From Octopus vulgaris (lineage: Eukaryota): a DNA stretch of 64,000 nucleotides. A model generated the notes under the pieces. That model worked only from the letters and a program-made list of their open reading frames with translations. It had not been told where the DNA came from and ran no database searches. Position 1 is the stretch's first letter. Each line of letters starts with the position of its first letter. The DNA lies in the NCBI GenBank assembly GCA_951406725.2, contig OX597814.1, forward strand, positions 163,494,001 to 163,558,000, read 5' to 3'. Shown piece after piece: positions 1 through 13,755 of the stretch. The translations under genes were made by a program, and so were the position numbers.

Positions 1-2600
1 CAATGAGTAGAGAAGAAAATACTAAATAAATACAAAATTACAATACAAGGTATACCTGAGGTAAAAGAACAGCTAAAGCAAGATATCCTCGCCAAAGTAC
101 AAAGAATTTGCTGGTATGAGAAACGCCAATGTTTCTTTGAACAAAACAAACAGCTCAACTCCAACCCCAAAAGATTCAACCAAGAACTTGACAAAAATAA
201 AACAGACATCAATGCAGCACCAACAGCAGAAGAAGTGGAGGAATTTTGGAAAGAAATGTGGTCGGCGAAGGAACAACCTCAGAAAAGATCTATTAAAACA
301 AAAAACACAGCACCTGAACAACTCTGGACCCTTATAATGGTCACCCAGGCACTGCAAAAACTAAGCAACTGGAAGGCACCCGGACATGACAGGATCCCCA
401 ACTTCTGATTAAAATACCTAACAGGAACATACAAAAAGCTGGCTGAGAAATTTAATGAAATACTAAGCGAACCAGAGACAATGCCTGAATGGCTCACAGA
501 AGGGAAAACTATTCTAATTCCCAAATCCACTGAAACGGCAAGCCCACAAAATTACAGACCAATAACTTGTCTCCTAACAATTTACAAAGCCTTTACTGCA
601 ATAATATCACAGAGAATGAGCAAATATCTGGAAGAAAACAACCTGTTTCCAGAAGAGCAAAAGGGATGCTGCAAGAGTTAATACGGCTGTAAAGATCAGC
701 TACTGATCAATAAAGCCATAACTAAAGACAGCTGCAGTAAGAAGAAGGGTCTAAGTATGGCCTGGATCGATTACCGAAAGGCTTTTGATAGTATTTCTCA
801 CACATGGATTCTAGAAACATTAGCCATGAACAAGGTAGCACCAATAATCATAAAATATATAAAACATTCCATGAATAAATGGCAGACAGTGCTACAGTGC
901 TACAAAAGAAGGACTCATAAAAACCAAAGCCATCCCAATTAGAAGAGGAATATTCCAGGGAGACATGCTCTCTCCACTCCTTTTCTACTTGGCACTGACA
1001 CCTTTATCTGATATGCTAAACAGAACTGGATGTGGATACAACTGTTATGGCGAAACAATAAGCCACCTCTTATAATCTAAAACTGTATGCTACAAATGAC
1101 AAACAGCTGGAAACATTACTACAGGCAGTACATAGATTTACCAAAGAAATAACACAAAATTTGGCTTAGAAAAATGTCCCAAAGGAACCTTGAAAAGAGG
1201 AAAACTAGTTAAGAGTAGCAACATCACACTAGATAAAGCAAATGAAATAAGAGAATTAGGCCAAAGCCAGACATACAAATACTTAGGAATCAATGAACTA
1301 GATATAATACAACACAAACAAATTAAAGAGAAGATAAGAAAAGAATACTATAGACGAGTTAGATTAATACTGAAAACAGAGCTCAATGCGAAAAACAGGA
1401 TATTAGGTATCAACACTCTAACCATCTCAGTAATAAGTTAAAGCTACAATATTCTTAACTGGACTCTAAATGAGCTAATCAAAATAGACAGGAAAACAAT
1501 TAAAATAATGACAGGATTTAGGATGCACCACCCAAAATCTGACATAGAAAGATTATATATACAATGTATTAAAGGTGTTAGAGGTCTTATACAGCTAGAA
1601 AACTATTACAAAATAATCACCATATATACTTCAGAAGCAAGGAAAACTAATACAAATAGCCACAAAACACGAAGAAAAAAAAACAAAAGCTGTAAAACAA
1701 CTGAAATCCAAACTAAAACTGGAACAGCAATGGATCATGATAAAACAATGGCAAGAAAATCCCCTTCATGATAAATACTTGGTTAAATTACACAGAAAAG
1801 AAATAGACAAAGCAAAATCTCCACTGACTGAGAAGCTCAGGACTCAAAGCAAGGACTAAATGGTTTTTAATTGTAGTACAAGATCAAAGCCTTCCCACCA
1901 GAAATCATCAAAAGCACGCAATGAAAAGAAATACAAGTAACTGCAGAATATGTAGAGATGGAGAAGAAACAATAACTCATATTGTCGCTGGCTGCCCAGT
2001 CCTGGATGAGAAGGAATATAATCACAGACACGACAGAGTTGGGACCAATATACACTGGAAGCTATGCTAACACTATGGAATAACAACAGAAAAAAGATGG
2101 TATAGGCACATGCCAGAAAAGGTCACAGAAAATGAGAATGCAACCATACTATAGGATATGTCAATACACATAAAGAAATTAAGGCCAATAGACTGGCTAT
2201 AGTTGTCAGAGATCACCAAGAAAAGAAATGCTTTCTAATCAATATATCAATACCACAGATGACAATATTTCTCTAAAAGAAACAGAGAAACTTTCCAAAT
2301 ACAAAGATCTGGAAATAGAGGTAACTCAAATGAGAAGTCTAAAAACAGAAACAATTCCTATCATAGTAGGTGCATTAGGGATGATAAAGAAATATTCAGA
2401 TAAATACATAACAAAAACTCCAGTACTAACAAGTATATATTACATACAAAAAAAGAGCACTACTAGGCACTGCTCACATCCTACGTAAAACATTTTCAAT
2501 ACAGTAAAAATAAGAGCATCACAACAAACCACAGCACATACCCCAGGCACACAGAGCTGTGTTCAGTATTGCAATGGAAGCACGTGATAAAAATAATACT
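1..2600 (+). mobile_element. Degenerate R4/Dong-type non-LTR retrotransposon (RT + CCHC + restriction-like endonuclease), 5' part outside window
   Basis: Frameshifted fragments read NWKAPGHD, PQNYRPITCL, MAWIDYRKAFDSISH, RGIFQGDMLSP, YKYLGI, CRIC..ETITHIVAGC, HRHDRV and EKLSKYKDLEIEV..IPIIVGALG. A 3'UTR runs into a (TAA)-rich tract at ~2602-2630. Confidence 0.85.
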
Positions 2601-2630
2601 GAATAATAATAAAAACAATAATAATAATAA

Positions 2631-2915
2631 CAAAAGAAAGAAAAGTCAATAGCTTGGGAGGTTAAGCAGTTGTGGTCGATGAAAAAAGGTGGTAATAGTA
2701 CCAATAATTGTTGGAGCACAGTGAGTAAAAATCTTGAGAAGTAAATGGAAAAATATGGGCTGCAATAAGGATGGAGCACTTGCAGAAAACAGCACTGCTT
2801 GGAACTGCTTGAATACTCCGGAAGGCGCTCGAAAAATAAGGGGTGTTACCTTAGTTCACTGGTAGTGAACAGCTGACACTGTAGTGCATCTTTAGTGTTA
2901 GAAGCTGTGCAAAGG
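2631..2915 (+). mobile_element. 3' fragment of a second R4/Dong-like LINE family
   Basis: Reads EVKQLWSMKK/VVIVPIIVGA ... EHLQKTALLGTA.ILRKALE, matching the RLE C-terminus of the upstream element. It has a different 3'UTR ending TAATGATAATAA. Confidence 0.65.
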
Positions 2916-3241
2916 TAATGATAATAAAAGAAAGTGTTTATATTACAGTTTTTAGGAATAGCGTGTATATAAGTGAATGCATGTACAGATATAGATATAT
3001 GTATACATATTTCCTTTTACTTTATTATACTATGTTTTACCTGACTCTATAATAGTAAGAATACATGTATAGATGGGTACGTGTGTGTGTGTACATACAT
3101 ATGTATATGTTTAGATATATAGAAATATACACACTACATTGTATGTGGGTTAGACTTTCAACCAAACATAAATTAATATTGATATAAATAGTAAAAATAG
3201 TAAGACTATAAGTAAGAAGTATATATGCATGTATATATTAT

Positions 3242-3283
<42 letters not shown>

Positions 3284-3699
3284 CAATAAACACTATATGA
3301 AAGATATCAACTAACTTTTTTTTCTAATTGTTTCAAACCAAGTATATAAAATCTAGACGGTACAAATTGCTGTTTTGTCACAAGAGACAGAAAGTAATTT
3401 AGATCCTTCACAGAAACAAAATAACAGTTGATATATACTGAAATGGTCAGTCTTCACCACTTTATTATCTCTAAATGGTTAACTTTATTCTTCAATCTGC
3501 TCAATAAGATAGGATTGTAATTTATAGTCAATCTGAATATTTTTTTTTGTTTCTTTATTTCTGAATTTTATATTTTGACCATAATTGTACCTTGTCTATC
3601 ACTACATCAATGGGTTTAGCTTTGTCTGTAAACTGCTGAAAACGAGACATTATTTTGGGTATGCATTCTCATACTGAGTGAAATGAATGTAGAATCTAA

Positions 3700-4100
3700 T
3701 GAAGGACTATATATGTCTGTATATATATATATACACACACACACAATTATATATAATTATATACACACACATATATATATACACACACATATACATGGAT
3801 ATATATATACACACACATGTATGCATATATACACACACACACATATACATGGATATATATATATACACACACATGTATGCATATATACACACACATATAT
3901 ATATATATATATACACACACATATAAATATGGATATATATGTATATATGATGATGATGATATATGTATGTATATATACCTATATATACATTTATCTATCT
4001 ATCTCATATATATATATGTACATATATATGTATTGAATTATGCATGTGCATACATACAAATATGTGTGTATGTATGTGTGAGCATGTGAATGTGTGTTCA
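3700..4100. repeat. Compound (TA)n/(CA)n/(TATG)n microsatellite tract
   Basis: Dinucleotide low-complexity sequence is directly visible. It explains the overlapping HTHIY/VCVY ORFs. Confidence 0.9.
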
Positions 4101-4205
4101 TGTGCACATGTTTGTTTACATTTCTTAGCTTGATGAATTTTGCATGTTATTCTTGGAAAAGGAAATATTTTGAAAACAAATGAGTTCAATATTTGATTTC
4201 ATATA

Positions 4206-5472
4206 TTGGGTCATCCCATAAATATTTCAGTTATTTTATACTTTTATTTTTCAAAATAATAAAAAAAAAACTTTGTTTATCTTATATTCATTTTCTACAA
4301 AGCTCTTCCATCTATCTGGTAGACTTGCAAAGTCCCTCTTCCAAAATTCACTTGTCTGTGATGAAAAATACCCTTCCAGTAATATTATGATCTCATCTAC
4401 AGAATTCATATTTTTTCTGTCCAAATGATTTTAAAGACTGCAGAATAAATGATAATCAGATGGGGCAATGTCCAGCAAATATGATTGGTGAGGCATCATT
4501 TCCCATTCAAACTGCTCCAGCCTTTGGAATGTTATATTCAGTGTATGTGGTGGAGCATTATCCTGCTGTGAGAACACCTTTTGTCTTGAAACCAAAGCTG
4601 GTTATTTTCCTTCTAGCACTGACTTAAGCTGCTCAAGCTACTCACAGTAGATTTCCTTTGTTATTGTTTGATCTGGGTTTAAAAGTTCAAAGTGGACTAA
4701 ACCTTTCCTATCCCACCAAACAAATAATAACACCTAACATAGGTGAAGACCTTTTTTTAGCCTGGGATGCCAGTGTTTCTACTTTCCCTACCCACTGTCT
4801 TCGGCACTTAACATTTTTATAGAGAACCCAATTCTCATCACCAATCACTATTCAGTCCAAAAAAGGTTCATTCATGAGACATGACAACAAAGAAGAGTAC
4901 ACATTCACTCTCTGCACATGATTAGACTCAGAAACTTTGTGAGGATCCCATTGACCCAATTTACTGGCTTTTCTGATGGCATGCAGGTGCAAATGAATGG
5001 TTGAATGACCAAATCCAAGCTTCCCTGCTGGTTCCTCAACAGTTACAATGGGATTTTGTTCAAACAGGGTTTGTAGGACATCCTTGTTGAGTTCTACAGA
5101 TCTTCCAAGATGAGGCTCATCTTCTAGACTGTAGTTTCTGGCTCAGAATTTCTGGAACCACAATTGACACTGGCTTATGCTTATTGTCCAATCCTCATAT
5201 ACTGCATTAACATTCCTCGCACTTTCCATTGCGTTGTTGCCTTTATTGAACTCATAAAGCAAAATATGCCAAATATGCTCCTTTGTCACTTCCATTACAG
5301 CTTTGAAAAAATAACTGTTAAAATCAAACTGCACTCTTCAAAACATACACTAAGAATAAGTACAAGGTAAAATCTGCTTTTATAGCAAGTTGATGCAGGT
5401 AGTTTATCCCGTTCCCCTCCAACTTTTAGTTCATGCAATTGAAAAAACTGCATTATCTATGGGATGACCCAA
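4206..5472 (-). mobile_element. Full-length but decayed mariner transposon
   Basis: TIRs TTGGGTCATCCCATA... (4206) and ...TATGGGATGACCCAA (5472) are flanked by TA on both sides; length ~1.27 kb. Minus-strand remnants read MEVTKEHIWHILLYEFNKGNNAMESARNVNAVY (HTH) and IVIGDENWVLYKN (first catalytic Asp region). Confidence 0.9.
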
Positions 5473-6329
5473 TATATATTTAAATGTGTGTGTGTGTGTG
5501 TGTGTGAAACTGATAAACTAAATTAATTTTAAGACAAAAATTTACAGTTTCATTTTGATTAAAAGAGCAGTGACTTCAGAACAAAACCTTTTATATCTGC
5601 ATTTAACAACTCCATCTGTCACTCACTCCCACTCCATTTGTTGTCTTAGACTCCTTATACTGGCATTAGTGACGAGACACAAGGACGTCCATAAATTATC
5701 TTTACAACTTCCACACTTCCAAACTTCAACTTGTAACGGTTATTATTTCCTACCCAACAACCTCTTGCTGAGGAAAAAAAAAAGTCCATAGTGAGCATGA
5801 CGGAGGTTGGATTAGTTTAAAACACACACACACACACACACACACAAAAAAACCCTAACTTATTACCAATTTTATTTAGTGAAAATAGCAGTCAACATAT
5901 TAACAAACTTTGCTTTTTATAAGTATATAGATTACACAGCAGTATATATATTAAAAAACAAAAGGACAGTTGTCAAATAGACATGACAGCGTGCTAGCTG
6001 TAAATATTGCTTATAAAACATAGAATTATTGTTTTTCTATGTATGTGGCCATTTGTCAATGCAACATCTGTTGCATTATATTTTGACTTATTGACATTTT
6101 AAATAGAATACTGAACTTTTTTGTACAACAGATTTTTCAGAACAGAATAAACTAGAATTCTATGTTTAATTAGTATACTGTGAATATTATAATAAAAGGG
6201 TGTGGGAACATATATGTATTCAATAACATATGATTAGTGTTACACAAATTTGTAGCATTAATACAGCTAATAAAATGCAATTTATAAATCCAGAATTGCA
6301 GGTAGATTTTTGTACATTTAGAGTTTATC

Positions 6330-6541
6330 TGTTTTGCATTTAAACTGGCTGTATCAGGTCAAAATATCCTACATGTTTTTATGTTCAAATTGGCCAGATC
6401 TTGCCCCTCACAGCTATCCTACAGTGTCATTCTAAAAGTAAACCATCACATAATGAAAATCTTGAAGCTACAAGATAATGCATGATTAATTCAAATAATG
6501 TGAATAATAAAGCATTACATTTGAGAGTGTTAAAGGGTTAA
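6330..6541. mobile_element. piggyBac-like MITE remnant (same family as 39648-39859)
   Basis: Shares internal sequence with the copy at 39.65 kb and ends in AAGGG-TTAA. Confidence 0.55.
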
Positions 6542-7878
6542 ATCAAACCATATTCTATGAGTGACATTGCAACTGTGTCAATCTTGCTTTTATTCTGGAA
6601 TTGCAGCACTAAGATTAAGTTCCCATTTCAACGATGAAGGAGCATTTGATTAAGGAGATTTGTTTGCTGTTTTGAACAGGGGATCAAATGACCGTCTAGA
6701 CACTTCTAAGAAGTTTGAATTTAAGATTATTAGCTAAGTACAAATGTAAATATTGAATTCAAGATAAAAGCAAATAATTAATGAAGTAAGTTTTTATATT
6801 CTTCTGAGAAATTTAGAATTTATTTTCTACATCAGCACTAAGTTTACAACATATAAGATAAATGAAAACCACAGGGTACTAATGTCTTTATCAAGAACAT
6901 TAGAATTAAGGTTCTTTCATATTAACATTTACGTTACCAACCAGCCTGGTTCTAAAGATACAAACCTGCACTTTTAAAGTGATCTTATTTAAAACTGTCC
7001 ATTAAAAGTTCAATTAAATTTATGTTTCAAACACTAACTTAATAATGAAAAATCTATTTAACTAAATTCTTCATTATCTTCAAAACTGAAAAAAGACATT
7101 TTCAACAGAAATTTGGTAACAAAATGGTTTATCATGAGACTAATAAATTAATTCTGAAAGTGAAAGTAGTACCTAATTTTTGTGGGTTTCTTTTCTAGCC
7201 TGACTAATTAAGATGCTAATATAGCATAGAAATCATAAAAGACCATGTAATTAAAAATACCTTGGCTATCTTAAACTGTGATAAGCAATACTTTGAGATT
7301 AAGGTCTTATATAACAGACCACATGGCCATAATTATAAATGTAATAATTGTCATTATATTATAACCTGGCTTTACGGAGACAATCTGATAGGGTAGAAAC
7401 ATACCTAAAGTTATCTATACTTGTTGAAATGATAAAAATAGCCATTGAGCTACACCTCCATGTGTGTCCCAGTTTTGGGATAAGTACACATATTCTTGTA
7501 AAGGGCAACTAATAGGGTTGGTAGTCAGAAATGGCATCCCACTGTAAAAGATTACCTCAAAAAAACCACTAATGTTGTCTTTTCCCCCACTGTGCAAATA
7601 TTCTGAATTGGATTAATCATGCTCACTACACTGTTCTAACTTAAAATATTGCCCTCAGTTTTCCTGACTGACCTAAAACACAGGCTCCACTCCCACTTCA
7701 AGATTCAGTGACTAACAATAGAAAAGGACATCCAGCTGCAAAAATTAGTCATCAACACAAATCTTCCCAATTATTCAAAAGCAGAAAGGGTATAAAATCA
7801 GTACCAAGAAAAAACATTGGTGGCAGATATTTTCTGTGTGAGAGAAAGAGAGAGAGTATGTGTGTGTGTGTGTGTGTA

Positions 7879-7911
<33 letters not shown>

Positions 7912-8574
7912 ATAGGAAATATAACACCAGAATTTAAATAAGTTTGAAGTTTCCATGTGAAAACAGAAATATTTACGTTTGAGTAAAACACAAATAATGG
8001 GCTCAATCATATAGAACTACATGTAGAGTAAGCCTCTACATGTAGTTCTATATACCCTCAAAAGATAAGATGGTCATGATTAGAATGCTTTCAGTGATGA
8101 AACTTAGTTGAAATGCCTTCCATCATAAGTCTGCTCAACTGGATTCACTTTGATAATAAGTCTGCTCAGCTAACTTTGATCACACGATGAATTACACTTC
8201 ATCACAGTCATTCTAGTTGCAATAGCTTTGATAAGTCTATCTGCTCAGCTAGAATGTCTTTGATTATAAGTTTACTCAATGTAGTTATGGTGCAGTTAAT
8301 TTACAAAACAATAATAAGTGTGGAAAAAAAAAGTCTTCAAATTCATGCACACACGCACACACACAGTGCAATTTCTCTTTTGACTACAAAAGCTGAGGGG
8401 AAAATTGAGTGAATTATTAACTAGTTTTTGCCTCAATTCATCTCAGAAGAAATATAAAGCAAATTCAGCCCTTGTAGAATTTTAACTCCGAAACAGGTCA
8501 CACAAAATTAGAAGCTCCAAAAAATAGCCATGTGTGTGTGTGTGTGCATATGCATGTATGAACGTATATATTCT

Positions 8575-9530
8575 CCAAGCCATAAAAGAGAAATTTAAAA
8601 CTGGCTGTCTGAAGGAATTGTTATATGCTGGTGACCTGTTTCTTGTAATTGAATCTTTTCAAGAATAAGAAGAAATTCCAAATGTGGAAACAAAATTTAA
8701 AATCAAGACGTGTTACAGTAAACCTAGCAGAGACAAAAGTTTTAACTATTTAGAAAGGAGATACGTCTCTGCTGCTGTCTGGAAAGTGGTCCTGCTAGAT
8801 ATAAACAACAAAAGTAGATAAAAATTCCATAAGATGTATTCAAAATAAACTATGAGTGTGCAAAAGGTGTAGTGGGACTGACAGAGAAAGAATTCAAATG
8901 CAGCAAATGTACAGGAGCAGTTAACAGAAAAAGCAACCATGTAATAAATTCCTTCACGTGTTAAGGCTCAACTAGAAGTAGTTGATAGCTTCCATAATCA
9001 AGTAGGTGGCGTAAAGCGTGGTGGCAGTAAATGCTTTGAAAGCAGAGTTTTAAAAATTTCAGGAAGCTATTACTATTTCTAGTAGAAGAGGGAGTCTTTC
9101 ACTGAGTCAAGAGCAAATCATGATGTATGTGTATGAAGTGTTATGCTGTATGACAGTGAAATATGGGCATTGCATACAGAGGATATACAAAGGCTGAATG
9201 GAATGAGATGAAAGAAGCATGCTTTATTGCAGTGGTTTTCAACCAGGGTTCTGCCAGCACAGTCCAGGGGTTCCGCAAGAAGTTACCAAAACTGCTAAAA
9301 TTGGCAGTAATTTTTAATTCTCCTGTGCAGATATGTGTGCATAAGACTATTAAATTATTGCACACAGGTTCCTCGAGCCAGTGGAATGCTTCTTTGGGGT
9401 TCCGCTCCAGCAAAAAGTTTGAAAAGCACTGCTTTATTGGAATTTTAATATGAGTAAGCATGAATAACAGAGCACAAATGAGCAAGGAGGAAAACTGGAT
9501 ATAAGTGGAATCAGATGCAGAGTACCAGAA
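8575..9530 (+). mobile_element. Decayed RTE-type LINE fragment interrupted by a hAT MITE
   Basis: ELLYAGDL (YADD region) and WKQNLKS are similar to the copies at 44.9-46.5 kb and 62.2-63.9 kb. Confidence 0.7.
9230..9431. mobile_element. Non-autonomous hAT (Charlie-like) MITE, 202 bp
   Basis: TIRs CAGTGGTTTTCAA / TTGAAAAGCACTG, with a perfect 8-bp TSD CTTTATTG at 9222-9229 and 9432-9439. Confidence 0.9.
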
Positions 9531-10739
9531 GTACTTCAGTCCCCAGCAGCTGCTAACAAGCAGTCACACAATGGCTCAAGCAGGACACACCACAGCAACT
9601 GTTCAATCCCACATCTAGGATGGTACAGCTGCTATGGAAGTTGATATCCTGGATCATTTCAGAGAAAGGCCAATCAGCTGTTTGGCATTCCATCACTAAT
9701 GTCTACATTCTAGCTGACAGGAATGCTGTCTCCTTTCACTATCTTTTCTATCGTAACTATAATGCCCTCTACACATTGGAGTTGGCTTGTCTCATACCTC
9801 TATCACGGGGGTACCCCCAACTAACTCATTACCTTTGGTAGTTTCAATTGCTCTTTCTCCACACTAACCACTATACCCAATCCTTCTACCTAGAACATCA
9901 TCCTAATGGAACTTCCTCTCTGCTCATGTCTTCCTGCAGATGCTGACTTGTAACAACTTAAATGGAACACTAACAGCATCAGTCTCACCAATTTTGGAGG
10001 GCCTGTAAGGATCAAGGTGTCTGTCCTTTCCTCCACATTCAGCATGTAAACAAAATACAAAAAAAAAAAGAAAGAAAAGCGCTGCACTGGTACAGACATG
10101 CGATGTATGGAGGATGGCATTTGAGTAAAGAAGTGCCATGTGATCCAAGTGGAATGGGCCTAGAGAAAAGGAAGACAAAGAAAAATACTGGACAAAGTTG
10201 TGAAATCTGGTATCTGGAGGCTGAATCTTCAAGAAGGTAATGAACAAAGAACTGCAACAGGTAGCAAGAAACTGCAACAAGTATCATGTAAGCATGGTAA
10301 AATGATCATAGAATGAAAATTAGAAGATGTGAAGACTACCTGTGTGTGTGTGTGTGTGTGTGTGTGCATGCAGACATTTTTCTTTTAACTTCATACCCAC
10401 CAACTGAATGTAAAGCTTAATGTTTACATTCAGCCAGTAGATTGATGTCTCCCAATAATCTATAGCAAACTATCTTGTCAAAGTGAGTTAGTGAAAGTGA
10501 AGAGTGTGGGAAGTTGGGTCTCATAGCTGCCGACAGTAAATTTCATTTCTCCATTTGACCATTGTCTTTAGTAGCTGCCTTGCTTGTGATCATGATTCTA
10601 GTGTTCCACTCCATAACTGATGGTAGCTGTCATTCATTAACTGGTTGAGTTGTCATGAGCCAACTAACTGATTTTTGCTTGGGGTTCTTGCTTTTATAAC
10701 TATCCAGAAGGATAGACATATCGTTGAGAACAATGGATT

Positions 10740-12087
10740 TAGTTGGTGGTCTTCTAGCTTTTGGTGAAGAAGAGATTAGAAAGGTCAAGTGGTGAAGATA
10801 TTATTCCAGCCTGGCTAAGGCATCTGGAAAATGTAAAACTGCTGTCACAGAAAAACTATTGTTTTACCGTAAGAAAACTTCTGTTGAACTGTAAATTTAC
10901 ATTTGGCTATCTAGAAAAGCCAAATGTAAACTGGCATCCAGAAGGATGCCAAAAACCAGACCAATCTGGAAAAAAAGGACTTGGAAGCTTAACTCTTCAC
11001 ATGTTCAGAGATTTAGGGATATCCTTACCGAGAAATTTGATGATAGGGAGGAGGAGCTACAGTCCTGTGACATAGAAAGCAGCTAGTGCAAAGTCCATTC
11101 CAGACCTAGGGTAACATGGTGGTAGAACAATACTGTAGACAGGGCCATTAGAGCAAATAGGCTTGGAAGGCCTGGAAGAGTGTGGGTAGCAGGAGGATGT
11201 ATCAGATAGCTAAAAGGGAAGCTAAGAGATAGGTATATAGAGCCAAGGGAGTAGCAGAAAAGAAGAAGTTTGCAAATGTTCAGTAACATGAGGACCAAAG
11301 AACTAAAGTATTTTGGATTGCAAGACAGTGTGTGAGAGAAAACCGTAATGTCATAGGAGAGAAATGTGTCTGTATAGATGATGGTGTCCTTGCATTTAAT
11401 GATTCTGCTAAGAAAGAGGCTTGGAGATGCCATTATGAAAGAATGAATGAGAGGAGAAGAGTCTACCAAAGGCTGAACCAATTGAGGGACCAGCTAGTCG
11501 AATCGATAGTACCCTGGTAGATAAAGCAATTAAGGATATGAAAACAGGGAAGGCCGATCAGGAATACCCGCTGGGATGCTTAAAATATTGGGTGATGTGG
11601 TTTATGATCTTGTCACCCACATTGTAAATCAAGTAGTTCATGAAGGAGTCATACCCAATAACTGGTGTAGCAGCACCATAATCAAGTGCTAAGATAAAAA
11701 TAACTACAAACATTGGGCCTCACAGAGGTAATGACAGGAGACCAAGACCTTTGGAGATATGCTGCGATTGAGAAGACCCGGCAACTAAAGTGAGATCACA
11801 GCCACACATATCCAGCCCTGTTAAGAATACCCCTGATGCATCGAGTGATATGATATGCTTGAGAAGACCTGTTGAATCAAGTAAAACCAATATCGTAGCA
11901 GTGGCCAGTGACCCCTGATTGGCTCCCATGCCAGTGGCACATAAAAAGCACCCACGTACACTCTCAGAGTGGTTGGCATTAGGAAGGGCATCCAGCTGTA
12001 GACACATTGCCAGATCAGACTGGAGCCTGGTGCAAACCGTCCAACCCATGCCAGCATGGAAAATGGATGTTAAATGATGATGATGAT
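10740..12087 (+). mobile_element. Internally deleted RTE-type LINE copy
   Basis: TWW.NNTVDRAIRA and KKEAWRCHYER remnants are joined to the family 3'UTR (GGAAGGGCATCCAGC...GTTAAATGATGATGAT tail). Confidence 0.7.
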
Positions 12088-12299
12088 ATATATATATGCC
12101 AACTGAATTTCTTTTCTCACTGCTATTACACTTCCTCAGTGATTGGCCGTCACTTGTAGTTAAATAACTTTGCTTTATCTACACTATCTTATCACCTAAA
12201 CTTCATATATTAACATATTTTCTTACTCTTAAATGTCTTTTGTTTCAAATGTCATATTTTTCATTTTCTTGTATGCCTAGCAACTATTTCATTTTACTA

Positions 12300-12502
12300 T
12301 TCTTTTACTTGTTGCAGTCTTTTGACTGCAGCCATGCTGGAGCACTGCCTTTGGTCAAGCAAATTGACCCCAGGACTTATTATTTGTAAGCCTAGTACTT
12401 ATTCTATCAGTCTCTTTTGCCAAACCACTAAGTTCCGGGGACATAAACACATCAAAATCTGTTTTCAAGCAATGGTAGGGAGACAAAACACAGACACAAA
12501 TA

Positions 12503-12564
<62 letters not shown>

Positions 12565-12710
12565 GTGGGCTTTTTTCAGTTTCCACCTACCAAATCCACT
12601 CACAAGGCTTTAGTAGAAGACACTTGCCCAAGGTGCCACGCAGTGGAACTGAACCCAGAACCATGTAGTTGGGAAGCAAGCTTTTTACCAAACAGCCACA
12701 CCTGTGCCTA
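12300..12710 (-). mobile_element. tRNA-derived SINE with internal (TA)/(TG) tract
   Basis: The reverse complement has A-box-like TGGCTGTTTGG and B-box-like GGGTTCAGTTCC. Body and 3' tail match the plus-strand copy at 58519-58910. Confidence 0.8.
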
Positions 12711-13567
12711 TACTCATTTATTTATATATTTAATCAATTACTGCATATGCATATCTACATGTATATATCTATATGTGTGTGTGTGTGTGTGTGTAGATCT
12801 TTATATTTAGGTATGCATGTGTGTATGTATGCATGCATGAACATGTGTGTGTGTGTGAATATATGGGTGTACATAAATTACATATACATGCATTATACAT
12901 ATGATGTATGTATGTATATGTTGTGTATACAGTTAGATTTATGACTACTATTGTCTGAATTAGACCTCCCAGGTAGATTATCATTATCTAGTTAGCTTCC
13001 AGTATAATTATCAGTTATCACTGTACTTATAGTGTTATTATGACATACAGTGCATATGCCGGGGAAACTTTAAATAAATATAAGTATAAATTATTAATTC
13101 CTATGTATGTTTTTACTATTACAATTATTTGGAACCTTGCATTGGATGTACCAAATGCACTTGGTTGCTTAACCACAATGGATCATCAGGGGAAATACAT
13201 ATGTAAATTTATGCACTCTTGCCCATAGTACCATGTTGTAGAACTGAATACAATCATATGGTTGGGAAGCAAACTTCTTACAACACAACCACACCTGCAC
13301 ACACATGTATATTTATATATATACATATATATATATATTTTTTTTTTTTCTTATTTATTTAAATGAGAAAAATAGGATTCAAAGTGATGTATTATGCCTA
13401 CTGGATCATACCTTGGATTTTCAAAGTGCTCCCCTTTTTAATTAATTGAAGTATAACTGATCTTCCTTCAGTTATCTAAATACTAGGCTAGCCAGGTTAG
13501 TACATGATGTGCTGATGAGGTGACTGCCTGCATTATAATTAACCTCCACACACCACACATATAATTG

Positions 13568-13719
13568 GAATGGCTGTGTGATTAAGAAGTTTGCTTCTTG
13601 ACCACATGGTTTCAGATTCAGTCCCACTGTATATTACCTCAGACAAGTGTCCTCCACTATAGCCCTGACCATCCAAAGCCTTGTAAGTGGATTTGATTAG
13701 TGGAAACTGATAGAAGCCT

Positions 13720-13755
<36 letters not shown>

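Noticed and set aside
3683-4089. Overlapping ORFs rich in HT/YI/VC (also 12669-12984, 17845-18246, 23300-23755, 26267-26605, 59794-60023)
   Set aside because: They are translations of dinucleotide and tetranucleotide microsatellites.
13452-13495. 24-nt plus-strand microexon candidate at 13472-13495 (TTCAG|...AG|GTTAGT)
   Set aside because: No flanking plus-strand coding exons to connect it to, and such motifs occur by chance.
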